Of a stretch of 64,000 nucleotides of DNA, positions 37,030 to 50,559 are shown piece by piece. Made by a program: the position numbers and the translations under genes. The stretch is from Lama glama (Eukaryota). Within the stretch, counting starts at the first letter, position 1, and every line of letters begins with the position of its first letter. The notes beneath the pieces were generated by a model. That model did no database searches. It was not told the origin of the DNA and saw only the letters and a list, made by a program, of their open reading frames with translations. The stretch lies in NCBI GenBank assembly GCA_028534125.1, contig CM052817.1, positions 33,916,001 to 33,980,000 on the forward strand. Direction: 5' to 3'.

Positions 37030-37320
37030 CTGATTCATTTATTCATTCACATACTCCTTCATTCACTTACTCTTTCATTCGTTCAGCAGATACTAAGGAC
37101 ATAGCAGTACTAAGGGCTGTGAAGGACACCAAAGAGATGCGAGACAATTCTTGGAGTCAAAGATTACAGTCTAGTTGAAGAGACAAAACTAACATGGTAA
37201 AAGTAAAAAGCAACAAAACAGAGTCCGAATGAATAAGTGCCTGGTACTCTGGTCAGAGAAGGGCTTAAAGAGCTCAATGAGCATCCACGAAACTGGCATT
37301 GCATGTTGTAAGGATGAACG
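37030..37320 (-). mobile_element. L2 LINE 3' end
   Basis: (TTCA)-rich tail followed by 'ttacagtctagttgaagagacaaa'. Confidence 0.6.
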
Positions 37321-37332
37321 ATAAAACGCCTG

Positions 37333-37532
37333 CTAGTAAATTTTTAACTTTTTCTTTCTGAGAAGGACATTAAATAGCAAATAAAAAAACACCAGAAGTA
37401 GAGAGAGAGACTGCAGGAGAAGGGGAAAAGCTTTTTCTTTTAGCAACTTTAACAGCATTTTTTCTTCTTTTTGAACTAAGGGCCCCGCATTTTCATTTTT
37501 TGCTGGCCCCCACATATTACGGCACAGACCCT
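37333..37532 (-). mobile_element. MER45-family hAT-Tip100 MITE
   Basis: 'tttttgaactaagggccccgcattttcattttttgctggccccc'. Confidence 0.7.
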
Positions 37533-37784
37533 ATCCATCAGTTTGCTTCCGTCTTGTGAGATCTGGAAGCAAAATCACATGGACACCATCTTCCATCATC
37601 CCCATCGCTTTCCTCCACATAATTGCCTCTGGCTGAGACCAGCCGTGGCTCGTGGTTTCTGTCACTTTCATCACAAGGTGGAAACAATAGGAATCCTAGA
37701 GGAATGTTTAAATCAGGTAGACTTCCTTACCTATTTCAAAGGTAATTCAGGGTTTTAAGTCTAATATTATTTTTAAATTAATTT

Positions 37785-38245
37785 TAATTTTTATTGAGGT
37801 CATGCTTTTGTATAATTTATTTCAAATAGCATGTGATTTTTAAAATTAATTTGCATACCATAAATTTCACCGTTTCAAAGAGTACCATTCCATAGTTTGT
37901 AGTATATTCACAAGGTTGTGCAACCACCACCACTAACTGATTCCAGAATATTTTTATCACCCCAAAAAGAAACCCTGTACCTCTTGGCAGGCACTCATTT
38001 CTCCCTTCCTAAAGCCCCTGGCAATCTCGAATCTACTTTCTGCCTCTGTGGATTTGCCTGTTCTGGATAGTTCATATAAATGGAATCATACAATATGATC
38101 TTCGGGGCTTGACTTCTTTCACTGGGCGGAATGTGTTCAAGGCTTATCTTAGTGTCAGCAGGTATCAGTACCCCATTCCTTTTTGTGGATGAACGATATT
38201 CCATTACATGGTATGCCGCATTTTGATTACCTATTTGATTATCAC
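37785..38245 (-). mobile_element. L1MB-type 3' end
   Basis: 'tagtatattcacaaggttgtgcaacc...tcaccccaaaaagaaaccc...gatttgcctgttctgga...atataaatggaatcataca'. Confidence 0.85.
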
Positions 38246-39249
38246 TGCGGTATAAAGTTTGAATGAAAAGAATAATCCCAGGCTCTGTTCTGTCCTTCTC
38301 CACACTCTTACTCCCCCAAGGAACCACTTCGTACTCTTTAGTTATTTCTCCTGGTAGGTACCTCCCTGTTTCCATAAATCATCTTTATACTGCTATTGAT
38401 TTATAATTTTGTGATATTGATATAGTCCTACTTTGGAAGATGATCACATGTCACTTTGATACCTCCACACAGACCTAGTCCTTCTTCTTCCTTTCGGGAC
38501 AGTTTTTAGTTAAATCAGTATTTAGTGGTCAGATTACTGTGACCATATAAAATACTGTTTTACCACTGCTGAGGCAAGAATTAGATTGTTATTACTTCCA
38601 CTTTTCTGAACCAGGAGAATCAGCTCTCTTCCTGATCTCCCCATGCTGGAGAACCATGGGCCAGGCCCTGGACCACTTCTTTTCTCTGTTTATGCTCACT
38701 CCCTAGCCATCCCCGTGGCTTTAAATATTATCCAAATGCTTCTAACTCCCAAATTTATTTTGCCAGTCTCATCTTCATTTGAATTCCAGACTTATGTGGT
38801 CCCCTGCTGACTTGACATTTCCACTCAGATGTCCCACAGGCACCATAGACCTAACTGGCTGAAAGCAGAGCCCCTCCTCTGGAACCACACCCTTCCTCAC
38901 CTCGGGAAATGGCATGTCCATTCCTCCAGTTGGTTAAGCCCCAAAACTTGGAGTTGTCCCTGTCTCATTTTTTCCCCTTTCATACCCTATATCCAATCCA
39001 CAGAAAATTCGGTCAACTCTACATCAAGATACATCAAAAATCCAACCCCTTCTCACCACCCCCTGCTCCTGCCATCTCAAGTCCAGGACACTATCATCTA
39101 CCACCTACACTATGACAATAACCTTCTGACTGGGCTCCCTACTGCCATCTGGCCTCTCCATAGCTACTTGTCCACACACACAGCTGGAATCATCCTTTTA
39201 AAACATGAATCATATCACATCATTCCTTTGTTCAAATCTTTCCACTGGT

Positions 39250-39251
39250 TT

Positions 39252-39341
<90 letters not shown>

Positions 39342-39373
39342 TTTCTTTCTTTCTCTCTTTCTTTCTTTCTTTC
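39250..39373. repeat. (TTTC)n tetranucleotide microsatellite
   Basis: 22 perfect units at 39250-39337 followed by interrupted units. Confidence 0.97.
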
Positions 39374-39456
39374 TTTTTTAATGGAGGTACCAGGGATGAA
39401 CCAGGACCTCACGCATGCTAAGTGTGCCCTCTACCACTGAGCTATTTCCCTCCCCC
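39374..39456 (-). mobile_element. camelid tRNA-derived SINE (vic-1 type) body
   Basis: 'aatggaggtaccagggatgaaccaggacctc...ctctaccactgagctatttccctcccc'. Confidence 0.88.
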
Positions 39457-40394
39457 TTTGCCAACGGTTTTCTCTTACACAGATAAAAGGTGCTATAAGA
39501 TCTGGCTTTGCTGTGTCTTTGACCTCATCTTTTCCCACTCTCCCTAAACTTACTTTGTTCCATCAGCATTGGCTTCCTTGCCACCACACATAGAACCCTT
39601 TAAGTTCATTCCAACTTCAGGGCCTTTGCACATGCTGTTCCCGCTCCCAGAATGCTTTTCTCCCATATAGCAGCATGGTTGGCTCCCTTGCTTCTCTAAT
39701 GTCTTACCTGCTCAGATGCCACTGTATTAGAGTGCTATTCCTGATTAGCCTGTATAAATGAACACCCTACTATGCCTCTCTCTATAACCCTTACCTTGCT
39801 TAATTTTTCTCACAGTATTATCCTCACCTGACACATTATATATTTATCTGTTTATTGTCTGCTCTCTTCCCCTGGAGGGCAGGCATTGTCTGTTGTATGT
39901 CCTACCATATTTCCAGGGTCTCAAATGTGTCTGGAATAGAGTGGGCACTCAATATTTGATGACTGAATTAATTAATTAAAAAATGTCAATAAATGCATGT
40001 ATTCAATCAATTCACAGGTTGCATTCGGAAGCAGAATTTCATATTCTGCATTAAACAGTCTATGTGGCTTCCCCTCATAAATGCCTCCCTAGTTAGTTGG
40101 ATTCTCTGTTTAAGACTCTTTCTCTTCCACTAGCCTGAAGCTCCTCAGATGAATTCTCAGTGCCTGGCAGAGAGGAGACCCTCAAAAGTCTGTGGGACGG
40201 TAACATCTCAGGGATTTAAGGAACTAATGGGTATGACTGCTCATCAAGTTCACATGTACTCATCCCTCAGATACATTTAAGGAGTGAATCCAATATATCA
40301 GATTCTACAATCTCATTCATCCATTCATTCATATAACATTCAAGCATTTGATGATCTGTGTTGAACACCTTCTCTGTGAAAGTCTCTAGTTCCT

Positions 40395-40545
40395 AAATAC
40401 TTTCTATTGTATCTAAATGACCTGCCCTCCCCTTTACTGGTCTAAAATGTTATTTCTTGTTCTGACCTCAGTTTAGCTGGGGAACAGCTGGGTACCAGCA
40501 TCTGTCTAATCACCCTTCATCCCTTGGTAACTATTAAGACATGCC
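40395..40545. mobile_element. CR1/L3 LINE fragment
   Basis: 'ttcttgttctgacctcagt...gggaacagctgg...aatcacccttcat' resembles the L3 consensus as recalled. Confidence 0.5.
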
Positions 40546-41379
40546 AGGATGCTCTTTGCTGATGCCTCTCAAATTTAAAATGGGGACACTGGGTATTCAA
40601 AACAGAGGACCTTGACATTCGAATACCCGCCCCTCACTTTTCCTGCCTGGTTGTTGACTTTCAGGGTTGGGCATAGGCAGCTCATCCTTCCGTAGGGCTG
40701 GTATTTAGTTTGGTGGATTGACTTCATAGACAATGGGCACATTTTCATAAGTCATCACACCAGGAGGAACCCATGTACTTGGAAGCAATGTGTGACAGCG
40801 TGATAAAAAGTGAGGTCACATTTTACGTATGGAATTTGAATTCTGTTCAGCTGGTATGGAGCAATTCAAAACTGTGGGGAAAGAGATGAGGCCAAATTGA
40901 AAGCCCCCATCCGTCCATCCTCCTACCCGCGCCAAGAATTACAGGAGGGCTGTTTTGTAGTCAGGTCTTTAGAATTTCTCTACAAAGTCACTGGGCTGGC
41001 TGTATATCCTTCCAAACTCCTGGCTTCAGTTGGAATGAAAAAGTGTCCTTGGAGTGAGTTTCCTGAAACTCTGCTGTGTTATGTAAATAAACCTGTTTTA
41101 TAATAAAGTCCACAGGAGACCTTTTACTGTATGTAGGGCCTTGTTTTTAGGTCAGAAGTCAAGAAAGGAGGGTATTGACAAATCAGTGTTATTGTTTTAC
41201 AACAATTATTCACTGTTTTTACTATCTTTTAAAAGGAGAACATTTGCAGGGTAAAGGTATGTTTTACTTTTAGAAACAAGAGGCAAAAATTCATTCTTTT
41301 TTTTTAAAAAAAGGTGAACCTAATTCTTTCATTTCAAGAGGGGAGTCTTTGGAGCGGCAAACTCTCCTATTTTATTTTA

Positions 41380-41497
41380 TTTGATGGGGGAGGTAATTTG
41401 GTTTATTTAGTTAGTTTTGAATGGAGGAACTGGGGACTGAACCTAGGACCTCCTGCATGCTAAACACACGCTCTACCACTGAGCTACACCCTCCCCC
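41380..41497 (-). mobile_element. camelid tRNA-derived SINE (vic-1 type)
   Basis: 'gggggaggtaatt...aatggaggaactggggactgaacctaggacctc...ctctaccactgagctac'; TSD tctcctatt(t/g)tatttta at 41363-41379 and 41502-41518. Confidence 0.9.
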
Positions 41498-42699
41498 GTT
41501 GTCTCCTATTGTATTTTAAATGGTTCAGTTTGCACATACAGCTATGCATATGCATACAATTTGATTCACAACCAGCTTTTTGTTTTCTGGGTTTTGCTGC
41601 CAGGTTCAGAGCTATTGTGTAAAAGACTATGCATTTGCACGTGGGACATTAGTAGGGGAAATGGGCTCATCTGCCCGGAAAGGTGAGCAGGGAGTTTAGG
41701 ATATAAAACTAACTCCTGATTCCTATCAGGTGCATTTGCCTGTGAAGGGACCTGTTGGGCTGTAAGGAGGTGGAGTTACAGCCCCAGGCCAGACTGCTGG
41801 GAGGTGTCCTTAGACCCGCAGGTGGGGTTGGGGTGGGGCTGGTTACTGGTGCTGCTCCTGGGCTAGACTCCTTTTGTTTTCCTCTGAAAGGTTGGCTCCA
41901 GCCTCTAGAAACCTGCTTGTGGCTGGTTCTCCTGCCAGGTGCTTCTGTCCTTGGGAAGGTATGCGAACACAGGAACAGCTCAGGACACATGGTTTATAAT
42001 TTGATACAGCAATTCCCCAGATATGCACTGCCATTTTTCAAAATCATCCTTTCCCCTTGATCTCATCCCTACAAGTTATTTTCTGTTGCTTCTCTTTAAG
42101 ACATTTTCAGAATCCTGTGTTCCTTAGCCTAACTTCCCAGCTTTTACCTGTAAGTCCCAGACAAGAGCTTTTCACCCACCTCCTGCCCTCAGTCTCCACG
42201 GGAGCCATGTTTCCTCTTAGCAAGGATGTAAGCAGATTTAGAAGTCTCCTGGATGGAGTTCCTCAAAGCACCTGTGCAGTCAAGTCGCCCACTGATACCC
42301 AGCTAACCAAACACTCTGTTTTGATAGGAGATAAATTATCAGAATAGGTAGAAAAGAAGCAAGTTTCAGCGAGTAAGTAATAGGCACACAAACTGCAGAT
42401 TTCTTTGTTAATTCTTCCGTCAACTCTCTGTATGACCTTGAGTTTCTAAGACTTATCATAAATACAGAGAACCTCAGATAACTTCCCAGGGCTATTTTGA
42501 GCAATATACATTAATTGGTTAAGTAATGCAGTGACTCACAAATGATTTTGTAAATGCAAAGCTTTATAAATACTAAGTAATTCTTCTGCATGACTTACTA
42601 ATGTCTAGACTAAAAGCTACAGAAGGAAGTCCACATTGCTTCTACAGTAATGTATAAACACATATAATAAGATATATAATAATATTACATATAATAATA

Positions 42700-42870
42700 T
42701 GAGCTAACAAGTATGAAGTGGAACTGAGCTTAGATTACCTTGTTTAATTTCCCCAAAAAACCTTACTGGGCAATACTTTCATTTTCCTCATTTTAGAGAT
42801 GAGGACACTGAGGCTCAGAGAAGTTAAATAATTTCCCAAAGTCTTGAAGCCAAGAAGGGCCAGAATCTCG
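42700..42870 (-). mobile_element. MIR SINE
   Basis: 'cattttagagatgaggacactgaggctcagagaagttaaataatttccc'. Confidence 0.8.
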
Positions 42871-44517
42871 ACAATTCATTTTCATAATGGCTCTTCCCTA
42901 CCCTGCTGTAACACCCACTTATATCTGGAAGTCTCTGAACCACTGCAGAAAAGTTTAGTAATTCTGTTTCATTAAAATCTTCAGTCCATTAGATGAGATA
43001 ATGAATCCTTGTTGAACAATCACTGGGGACAATCACACATATTAGATCACTTAATTCTCACATCAACCTTAAGAAGTTGGTACTTATTCCCGGCTTACAC
43101 ATTGAGCAGAGAGATGTTGAGAAACTTGTCCATGGTCACAGTTAACAAGTGGCAGAGGCTGGCTTTGAACCTTAGGCGGTCTGGATCCAGACTCTGTGCA
43201 CTTTATCAATAAGTAACCCCACCAATGACTGCAAGTGTAGAGCAGCGTGTAGAATCCTGTTATTGACTCAAGGAGTAGACGTGACCACTAAACTAACTCT
43301 CTGATCTTGGGCGTCTGTTTCTTCATCTGTAAAATGGGCATCCCCCAAAGTATCTGCCAGCCCAGTAATTCTGTAGTTTAACAAGTCTGCATTTTCTTAA
43401 ATAGGAGTCTGGAGAACAAACATTCACTATAGCTTTAGGAACAAGCGGGTTGCAAACATCGCAGTTTCAGGAATTTGAGAAAAGGAGATCTACACAAGGC
43501 TGGTGCTTCATGCAGGAGCCCGAGGTGCTAGTGAGACTTTCAGGAGGCAAAACCCCTTGTCAGGAGAACAGTGTTGTGATCCGGGGGAAGTGAGAGCTGA
43601 TGTGGGCTGTTGAGACAAGGGACAGAGGGGCCATGGAGGACTCATCCAGAGTAGAAGGTAGGAAAATGGTTTAAAAAAAACAAGTAAAAGTGGCACTGCA
43701 TTTTGTGGCTTTGGATGTGATATTGGGAAAGAAAGAGAAGCTGCAATTTTTTCATTCTTAAAATGCAAATCTGATAGGAAGGGCAGCACATAAAGAAGGC
43801 ATGTAAGGGCCTTGGAACAGGACACACGGGGGCTTGATGCCTCTTCTGCCACTTTGTAGCTTGTGATCCTGATTAAGTGCCTTCATTTTTCTCCTTGATA
43901 GGACAGGAATCACACTAACACTGAGCGAAGACTCAATAAAGGCTCCTTTCTGTTCCAGCCAGCCAGGACTGCCTCTGTCCCCAGCCTACCCCAACCCCCA
44001 ACCTAAGAAATCAAAACCCAATTAACTCTTAGCAGTTATGAAACGCTTTGATCTTAAAGAAGGAATGAAGATGTCATATTTGCCCCTGTTTTTCCTTTCA
44101 AGTTCCTCTAGACTTCCCAAAGAGCTTTGCTCTGATCTCAGAGACAAGGGATGGGAAGACTGGGAGAAACAGCAATGAAGCAACCCAAAGTTAAAGGAGA
44201 CCGGCTTGTCCCCAAAGGGTAAACACAGTAGGGTTCCACTAAAAGAAGTCATAATAGGAGTTTCCCCTTCCTCAGTCCTGCGTCCCCACCTCCACCCTGG
44301 GGAGGGCTGCCGTGCAGACACCACCAGTGTTTGGCCAACAGCGGCCAGCCCCACTGAAGAGAAGGCTGTCAGAGGAGCAGCCTCCATCATCCCTCCTCTC
44401 ATGTCCCCACAACGGAAGAAAGAGCAGCCTTAATGTCACTCCAAGGGAAGAGTGGGGCGGGACGAGAGCAAAACATACATACAAAAGGGCAAGTTGGTGA
44501 CGGGGGAAAAACCGAAA

Positions 44518-44953
44518 TGTATTAGTTTCCTATCACTGCTGTAACAAGTCACCACAAATGGTGGTTTAAAACAACACAGATCAACCTCACTGTTATGGAG
44601 GTCAGAAATCCAAAATGGCTTGGAAGGCCAGCCTTCCTTCTAGAGACTCTAACGGAGAACTCATTTCTTTGCCTTTTCCAGCTTCTAGAAGCTACCCAGA
44701 TTTTTTGACTCCTGGTTTTAGATTCTCTCTGTTTCTATCATTACCTTTCCCTCTTAGACTCTGACCCTCCTGCCTGCCTCTTTTAAGGACCCTTGTGATG
44801 ACGTTGGGCTCACTTGGACAATCCAGGCTCTCACTTCGTCTCGGGAGCCTTAATTGGATCACATCTGCAGAATCCCTCTTGTTGTGGAAGGTATCATAAG
44901 CACAGGGTCCAGGGATGGGACACCTTTGGAGCAGACCATCATTCAGCCTACCG
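44518..44953 (-). mobile_element. MLT1C/D-like MaLR solo LTR
   Basis: 'tgtattagtttcctatcactgctgtaacaa...ttgccttttccagcttctaga...taaggacccttgtgatgac...attcagcctacc'. Confidence 0.88.
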
Positions 44954-45519
44954 TACTTTCTAAGCTTTGGTAACCAGAAATCTGATTTCTCTCCTCGTTA
45001 ACTTTGTGACCACAAAACAACTCACTTCACTCTAAGCCTTGCTGTCTACGTCTATAAAAAGGAAGCAGTATTTTACTTGATTCCTTTTGGGCTTGTAGGT
45101 CGTCTGCATAGGATGTCCACTACGGTGCCTCGCGTGGTGTAAGAATACAGTCAACTTCAGTTGCCCTCTCCCTTCTCTAGCACATGATGGGGAGGCATTA
45201 TGGGATTATGGAGTTAGGGGTTGGGAGGAAGCACAGGGACTCTTGGCAGGGAAAATCGACTTTGAGATTTGTAGTCATTGTATGTGTGTTGCCCTGGGGA
45301 GGGGCATGATGTTGGCCAAGGTGGCTCTCCCCCACCAAGGCTGTCCCTGGAGAGCACTCAGCAGCAGCCAATGCTTCCAGCAGCTGGGGGAGTGCGTGTC
45401 CCTGCAGCAGGGACCTGGGAAGTCTACCATGGTGTCCACTACAGCAGCGAGCCATCTTGTCTTCTTGGCTAAAGACCAGAGAGGAAACAGATGGTAAGAG
45501 TCCTGACAGGCTGCATAGC

Positions 45520-45770
45520 TCGCGGGCTCAGAGGCTTACAGCTCGGACTCCCAAGCAGGTAAGACTGACTTCAAATCTCAGTTCTATTTCTTCCTGTTGT
45601 GTGATTTGGGGATGTCACCGAACTTCTCTGTGTCTCAGCTCCCTCACCTCTAGATTAGATGCTGATAGTTAATTTATCTCTTAGAATTGTTGTATGTCTT
45701 AAATGTGGATTTCTCAGCACCGTGCCTGACGTCTGGTCCCCTACATGTTAGATTTTGTGATCAATACTAT
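45520..45770 (+). mobile_element. MIR SINE
   Basis: 'ttcaaatctcagttct...tgtgtgatttgggg...cttctctgtgtctcagctccctcacct'. Confidence 0.7.
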
Positions 45771-47424
45771 TCTCACCACCCCTTTTCTACTTTATCCTTT
45801 CTACCTAAACCCAAATGTTTAACAGGTGAGCTGGAAAGGAGAGGGAAGAATCATACAAGAATACCCATCGGGACTTAAGACACATATCAGTAAAGCAGGG
45901 ACCGGGTAGGTGGGTAGAGGGCAGGGATAAGGGCTTAGAGGGTGGGAGGAGGGATGTTAAGAGCCAGGCTGCGTAAGTAAGTGAGGTTCCATGCCACTCA
46001 CTCACTAGCTGGGTGAGCTTGGCGGGTCATTGTGGGAATTAAATGACATAAAACAAGTAAAGCTCTTAGGACACTACCTGACACTTGGTAGGCACCATGT
46101 ATGTTTGCCATAATCATTCTTAGGCTACAACCTGTCCACAAAGGCAACAATTCGGACAAAGCCCTTGATTTAGACCTTGCAAGTTTCCCAAGAATTTTAA
46201 AACACTTGGACATCCAGACTGAATTCCTGAGTTGGCCACAAACCCTCTGTTTCATCTGCTACTAGAATAACCCTCCACTAGCTCTGATTCCCTGTATTAA
46301 GCGTTTAATCATTTACAACTGTAAGCAGGTTGTCAACATGGCTGATACTAGCATTTGTCTGAGTTAGGATTGGATGGAGAAAAGGGATTTAGGGAAAATG
46401 ATTCCAGAGATGAGCTAAAGGAATTGTGTCCTTTGAAAATCCTGGGCCTCCCTTCAACGCAAAATCAGGGGTAGGAAGATAGACTAAACTCTTCATGAAT
46501 TTTACGACTTTTTCTTAATTCCTTTTTTACTTGGAATGTTAACAGTTGAGGATCTTCAAATACTGCAACCCTGGTATATCTGCCTCTTTCTCTTGCATAG
46601 ATGTTCTCCAATTTTCCTTCTCCCTAGTCCAAACCCATGCTGGAAAGGGTCACAGAAGACATGAATGATCAGAATCAAGCTGGAACTGCACTACTTGAAT
46701 TGGGAGACGGAATGAAGGGAGAACATCTCCTTCAGAGGGCCCAGACTCTAGGCTGAGAGCTCCTGCTCCATCTTCTACTCTCCTCTCCTTGCTCATCTCT
46801 TTGTAGCAAAAACATCAGATATTTACTTTGATTTTCCTCTTCAAACGTGCTTGATTTTCAAGCCAAGCTTGTTGCAAACACTGCCACATTGGGCCCAGGC
46901 TGGCTTCCCTGGGTTCTTACTACACAGGGACAGAAGTAAACCACAGGAATCTCAAGTCACGGAGCTAGTCAGTGTGTTAGACTCAATCTCTCTCCGCAAC
47001 TAACTCCTCATTAGTTTTATTTGCTTAAGAGTCACAGTAAAGTTTCTCCTGCAACTATGGTGTCAGATTTTTTTTCTAAAGCAAGTAAGTAATAAAACAA
47101 ACACGCAAAGTATTTTGATAAGAGGGGCAATTACGCTGTCTATCTTTCAGAATCCGAAGAAAGAACTCCTAGTGACCCAAGTTTTTGGCATTAAGAGAGA
47201 TACTTAGCAGACAGGATCATGCCCCTGATTTTTATCTTTGTGGATTTAAACTCAATGAAAGTCAGTTCACAGAGTTATTATTACCAGGCTGGAAAGGACT
47301 GTCCATTTCCTGCACTGACTTTTCATCTCAGAAGCCACAGTTGACTTTAAATCTTGTGATTTTTTATTTCCCAAGAAAAGAATAAGAAGACTAGGCAAAC
47401 AGAGAGAGTCATGGGACTTGAGGG

Positions 47425-48155
47425 GAAACCCCCTAATCAAAATGTGTCTGAAACTTTTGCCCTTCTTTCTGTCTCCAGTGCCACTCTCCTAGGGCAATCA
47501 ACCACCAGCTCTACCTGATTCGATTGCTTACAGCCGCCTCCTAATTTACCTCCCTGTGTTAATGCTTGCCTGACTCCTGTGTGTTTTTTCCACACACAAT
47601 GGCCAGGGTGATTTTCAAAAAGTATAATCAAATTATATCACTCCCCTGACTAAAACTCTGTAGTCATTTCCTTTGCTCTTAGGGCAAACTCAAAGTTCTT
47701 ACTGCGGATTCATGGCCTTGATTGTCCCTGCAGGCTCAGCCCACGATTTTCTAGCCCCATGAGACATCAATTCCTTAAGTAAGATCTTTCAGGCCTCAGG
47801 ACCTTTGCACATGCTGTTTCCACTGTTTAGAAATCTTTCCTCCATCCTATTCCCTTCTTTCAAGTGACTCCCTCTTCTTATTCGTTAGACCTCACCTTAA
47901 ATGTCACTTCCTCAGGCAGAACTTTCCGGACCATCCTATTTAAACTAGGCTTCTTATCTGGAGCATTAGTCTCTATATTAGTCTTTACACAGTATTTATC
48001 ATGATTTGCCATTATTATTATTTTTTTTTCTGATTTATTTTCTGCTTCTTGCTCTTGAATGTAGATGGCTAAAATCATGCTTTTCTTGTTCACCATTGTA
48101 TTCTGTCTAGCAAGGCACTTGGCACAAAGTAGTAACTCAACAAATATCTGTTATA
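47425..48155 (+). mobile_element. L2a LINE 3' fragment
   Basis: 'ctcaggacctttgcacatgctgtttcc', 'aaatgtcacttcctcagg', end 'ttggcacaaagtagtaactcaacaaatatctgtt'. Confidence 0.85.
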
Positions 48156-48536
48156 TCAAGAAACAACTTTATTCTGATAGGAGGTTGGAAACGTGGCTGC
48201 ATTTTCCAAGAAGTAGCCTGCTTCTGAAATTTTAATTTTATTAAACTCCATATGACATATTGAAATGTCTGTTAAAATCATCTAGTTCTAAATTTCATTG
48301 AGATTGTTTTCATCCCCCAGTTCCTCATGTTTTCTTGTCTCATCCTTTGTGAATTTTATAGATATGAATACTTGCTAGAATGTAAGCATCACTTTGTTTC
48401 GTTCACTGCTGCATCTCCAGTATCTAGAACAGTGCTTGGCACATAGTAGGCATTATTTATATACCTCTGTTACATAAAAGCTATTCAGGATGAAAGTTCT
48501 AAACTGATTTAGTGTTAAGACTATAAACCCTCAGAG

Positions 48537-48800
48537 CAATGGTTCTTACAGCATACAGTTTGCACACTGGCAGTGTATCAGCTAGAAGTGTCCCACAGAA
48601 GTGTCTTGTTTAACCTGCATAGTATTTTAAATTGTTTTAAATCAGTTACCTATATTTAAACATTGAGACCTCATATAAAAATTGCAATGCCAACTTCTCT
48701 TAAAAAGCTAGATCTAGCCACATGGGGACCTCTGTCCCATGATGCAGCAGGCTGAGGCTGGGTGGCACCTGACCCTTTTGTTGGCCCACGTCCTCTCCAT
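48537..48800. mobile_element. MER102-like hAT-Charlie fragment
   Basis: 'cccacagaagtgtcttgttt...caacttctcttaaaaagctagatctagcc'. Confidence 0.5.
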
Positions 48801-49019
48801 TTGCTTTTCCTAACAGTTTGTGTCGACCCAAGGGTCCTGCCCCGTTGCAATTATCCTGAAAATAAGTGTGGGATTTTCAAACTCGGTAAATACAGAATTT
48901 CACTATAATAACCAGAAAACTAATCAGGAATGAAGAATCAACTCAGGGAATATCTGTGCAAGATTAAGATAGTGTTAGACCTGATTGGTGCTTCAGAGAT
49001 TTGTTCAAAGCTCTCTGCT

Positions 49020-49167
49020 GGGAGGAAGGTATAGCTCAATGTTAGAGCTAGTGTTTTGCATGCATGAGGTCCTGGGCTCAATCCCCAGTACCTCCATTAA
49101 ATAAATAAATAAACAAATAAATCTAATTACCCCCACCAAAAAAAACTAAAAAAAAAGAAAAAAAAAA
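49020..49167 (+). mobile_element. camelid tRNA-derived SINE (vic-1 type)
   Basis: 'ggtatagctcaatgttagag...gaggtcctgggctcaatccccagtacctccattaaataaataaa...taattacccccacc' plus A tail. Confidence 0.9.
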
Positions 49168-49232
49168 CTCTGCAAGTAGTGTAGTAGGCAGTGGGTGGAA
49201 TAGAACAACTATTGCTATTCTTGAGGTTTTCT

Positions 49233-49402
49233 GTTGTATTTATGTTTTTTTAAATTTCTCCTTTTTGTTTTTAATTATTTTTTTAAATGGGAGGTAATTT
49301 TAGGTTTATTTGTCAATTTTTTTAAGGAGAGGTATTGGGAATTGAACCCAGGACTTTGTGCATACTAGGTGTGTACTGTACCACTGAGCTATACCCACCC
49401 CC
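49233..49402 (-). mobile_element. camelid tRNA-derived SINE (vic-1 type)
   Basis: 'gggaggtaattttaggtttatt...gaggtattgggaattgaacccaggac...accactgagctataccc'; TSD cttgaggttttct / cttgagatttcct. Confidence 0.9.
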
Positions 49403-50559
49403 ATCCCACCTTGAGATTTCCTATGTTTTTAAATTCTGGGCATGGTATAAGAAGCTAAACTGATTTCTTCCTCTTAGGACCAGGCTAACTCAGCTTATAA
49501 AAATTACTCAGGGGCACCATGTTCCCAAAGAAAGGAGGAAACACGTATAGGCATTTTTTAAATCTGTTACTGGGCCATATGCCTTGACAGCTGGCAAACA
49601 GCCAGTGCCTGGACAAGACAAGTCAGAGTGCTTACTGTACTGACGGATGATGAGTTAGCAGCAGCATCGTCATCATCATCACCACCACCATCAATGAAAT
49701 TTGAGTTTTAATCTGGGCATTTGAAGACAAGTGAAGCCCCCACACCATGTAAGCAAATCATTTGAGCTTCATATAAAAAGACTCAATCAGGAAATATTGT
49801 GGCCCTGTCTGCAATCAGGGTCAAAATAACAAGTGATTTATGAGACCTAGAAATGAGTTATTGGCCTAAGCAAATCTGGGCTGATTTCAAAATGAGAATT
49901 AGGTTTATGATAAGAATTTTCCTTTTAGAATTTTTTTTTGCCTCTATTCCCTTATTATTTTGGTCACTATGGGAAAAAATAGGACTGATGAGGGTAAAAA
50001 CATCCAAGTACTGCAGAGTTTGATTTAGCCTAGCAATTAGGTACATTTTTTACAAGTGCTACTAATTGCCCCCTAAAATAAACTGGAATGCTGTGAAAAT
50101 GGATGTCACAGTCTAAAATTACTCATCTATTTTGAAATCTAATTCATAGCTTCTCCTTAAATGTTTACAGATTATAGTGTAAAAAAGGACTATTAAAATT
50201 ATAAAATGTGTAAGTATAATTTATGAGGAATTTATCATCCATGATTTAATTAAGTAGTTCATTGCAGCTGTTCAGTTGCATTCCCGAATAAAAATATCCC
50301 ACACCCAGCAGTACCACTGAAAACCAAAAGTGTTACCACAACAGAGTTAGCTTTTCTTTCTTCTTTTTTTCCCCTAAAAATGTGAAAAAAACAAAAATCT
50401 AGGAAATTGGAAAAGAATACTTTTCTCAGTGTGGAAAAAACTTAACATGTAGTCTCTCCCTGGAAGAGCCGCTCAGCAACATGGTCAAGGACCAGACCCT
50501 GGAAATCGGCTTCATCTGGAATTCCTGGTCTGGCCCGTGTTGGCTCCCCAGCCTAGAGC

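Larger units (their letters stand above)
38640..39975 (+). mobile_element. long L2a LINE 3' fragment interrupted by a SINE
   Basis: 'ggctttaaatattatcc...actcccaaatttat', 'cagggcctttgcacatgctgttccc', end 'gggcactcaatatttgatgactgaat'. Confidence 0.85.

Noticed and set aside
38829..39440. 203-aa ORF with SFFL repeats and the opposite-strand KKER-repeat ORF
   Set aside because: These are translations of L2 sequence and the (TTTC)n microsatellite.
49657..49696. CAG/CAT/CAC run that translates as QQHRHHHHHHHQ
   Set aside because: It is bracketed in frame by TAG and TGA with no convincing exon context, so it is best read as a compound trinucleotide microsatellite.
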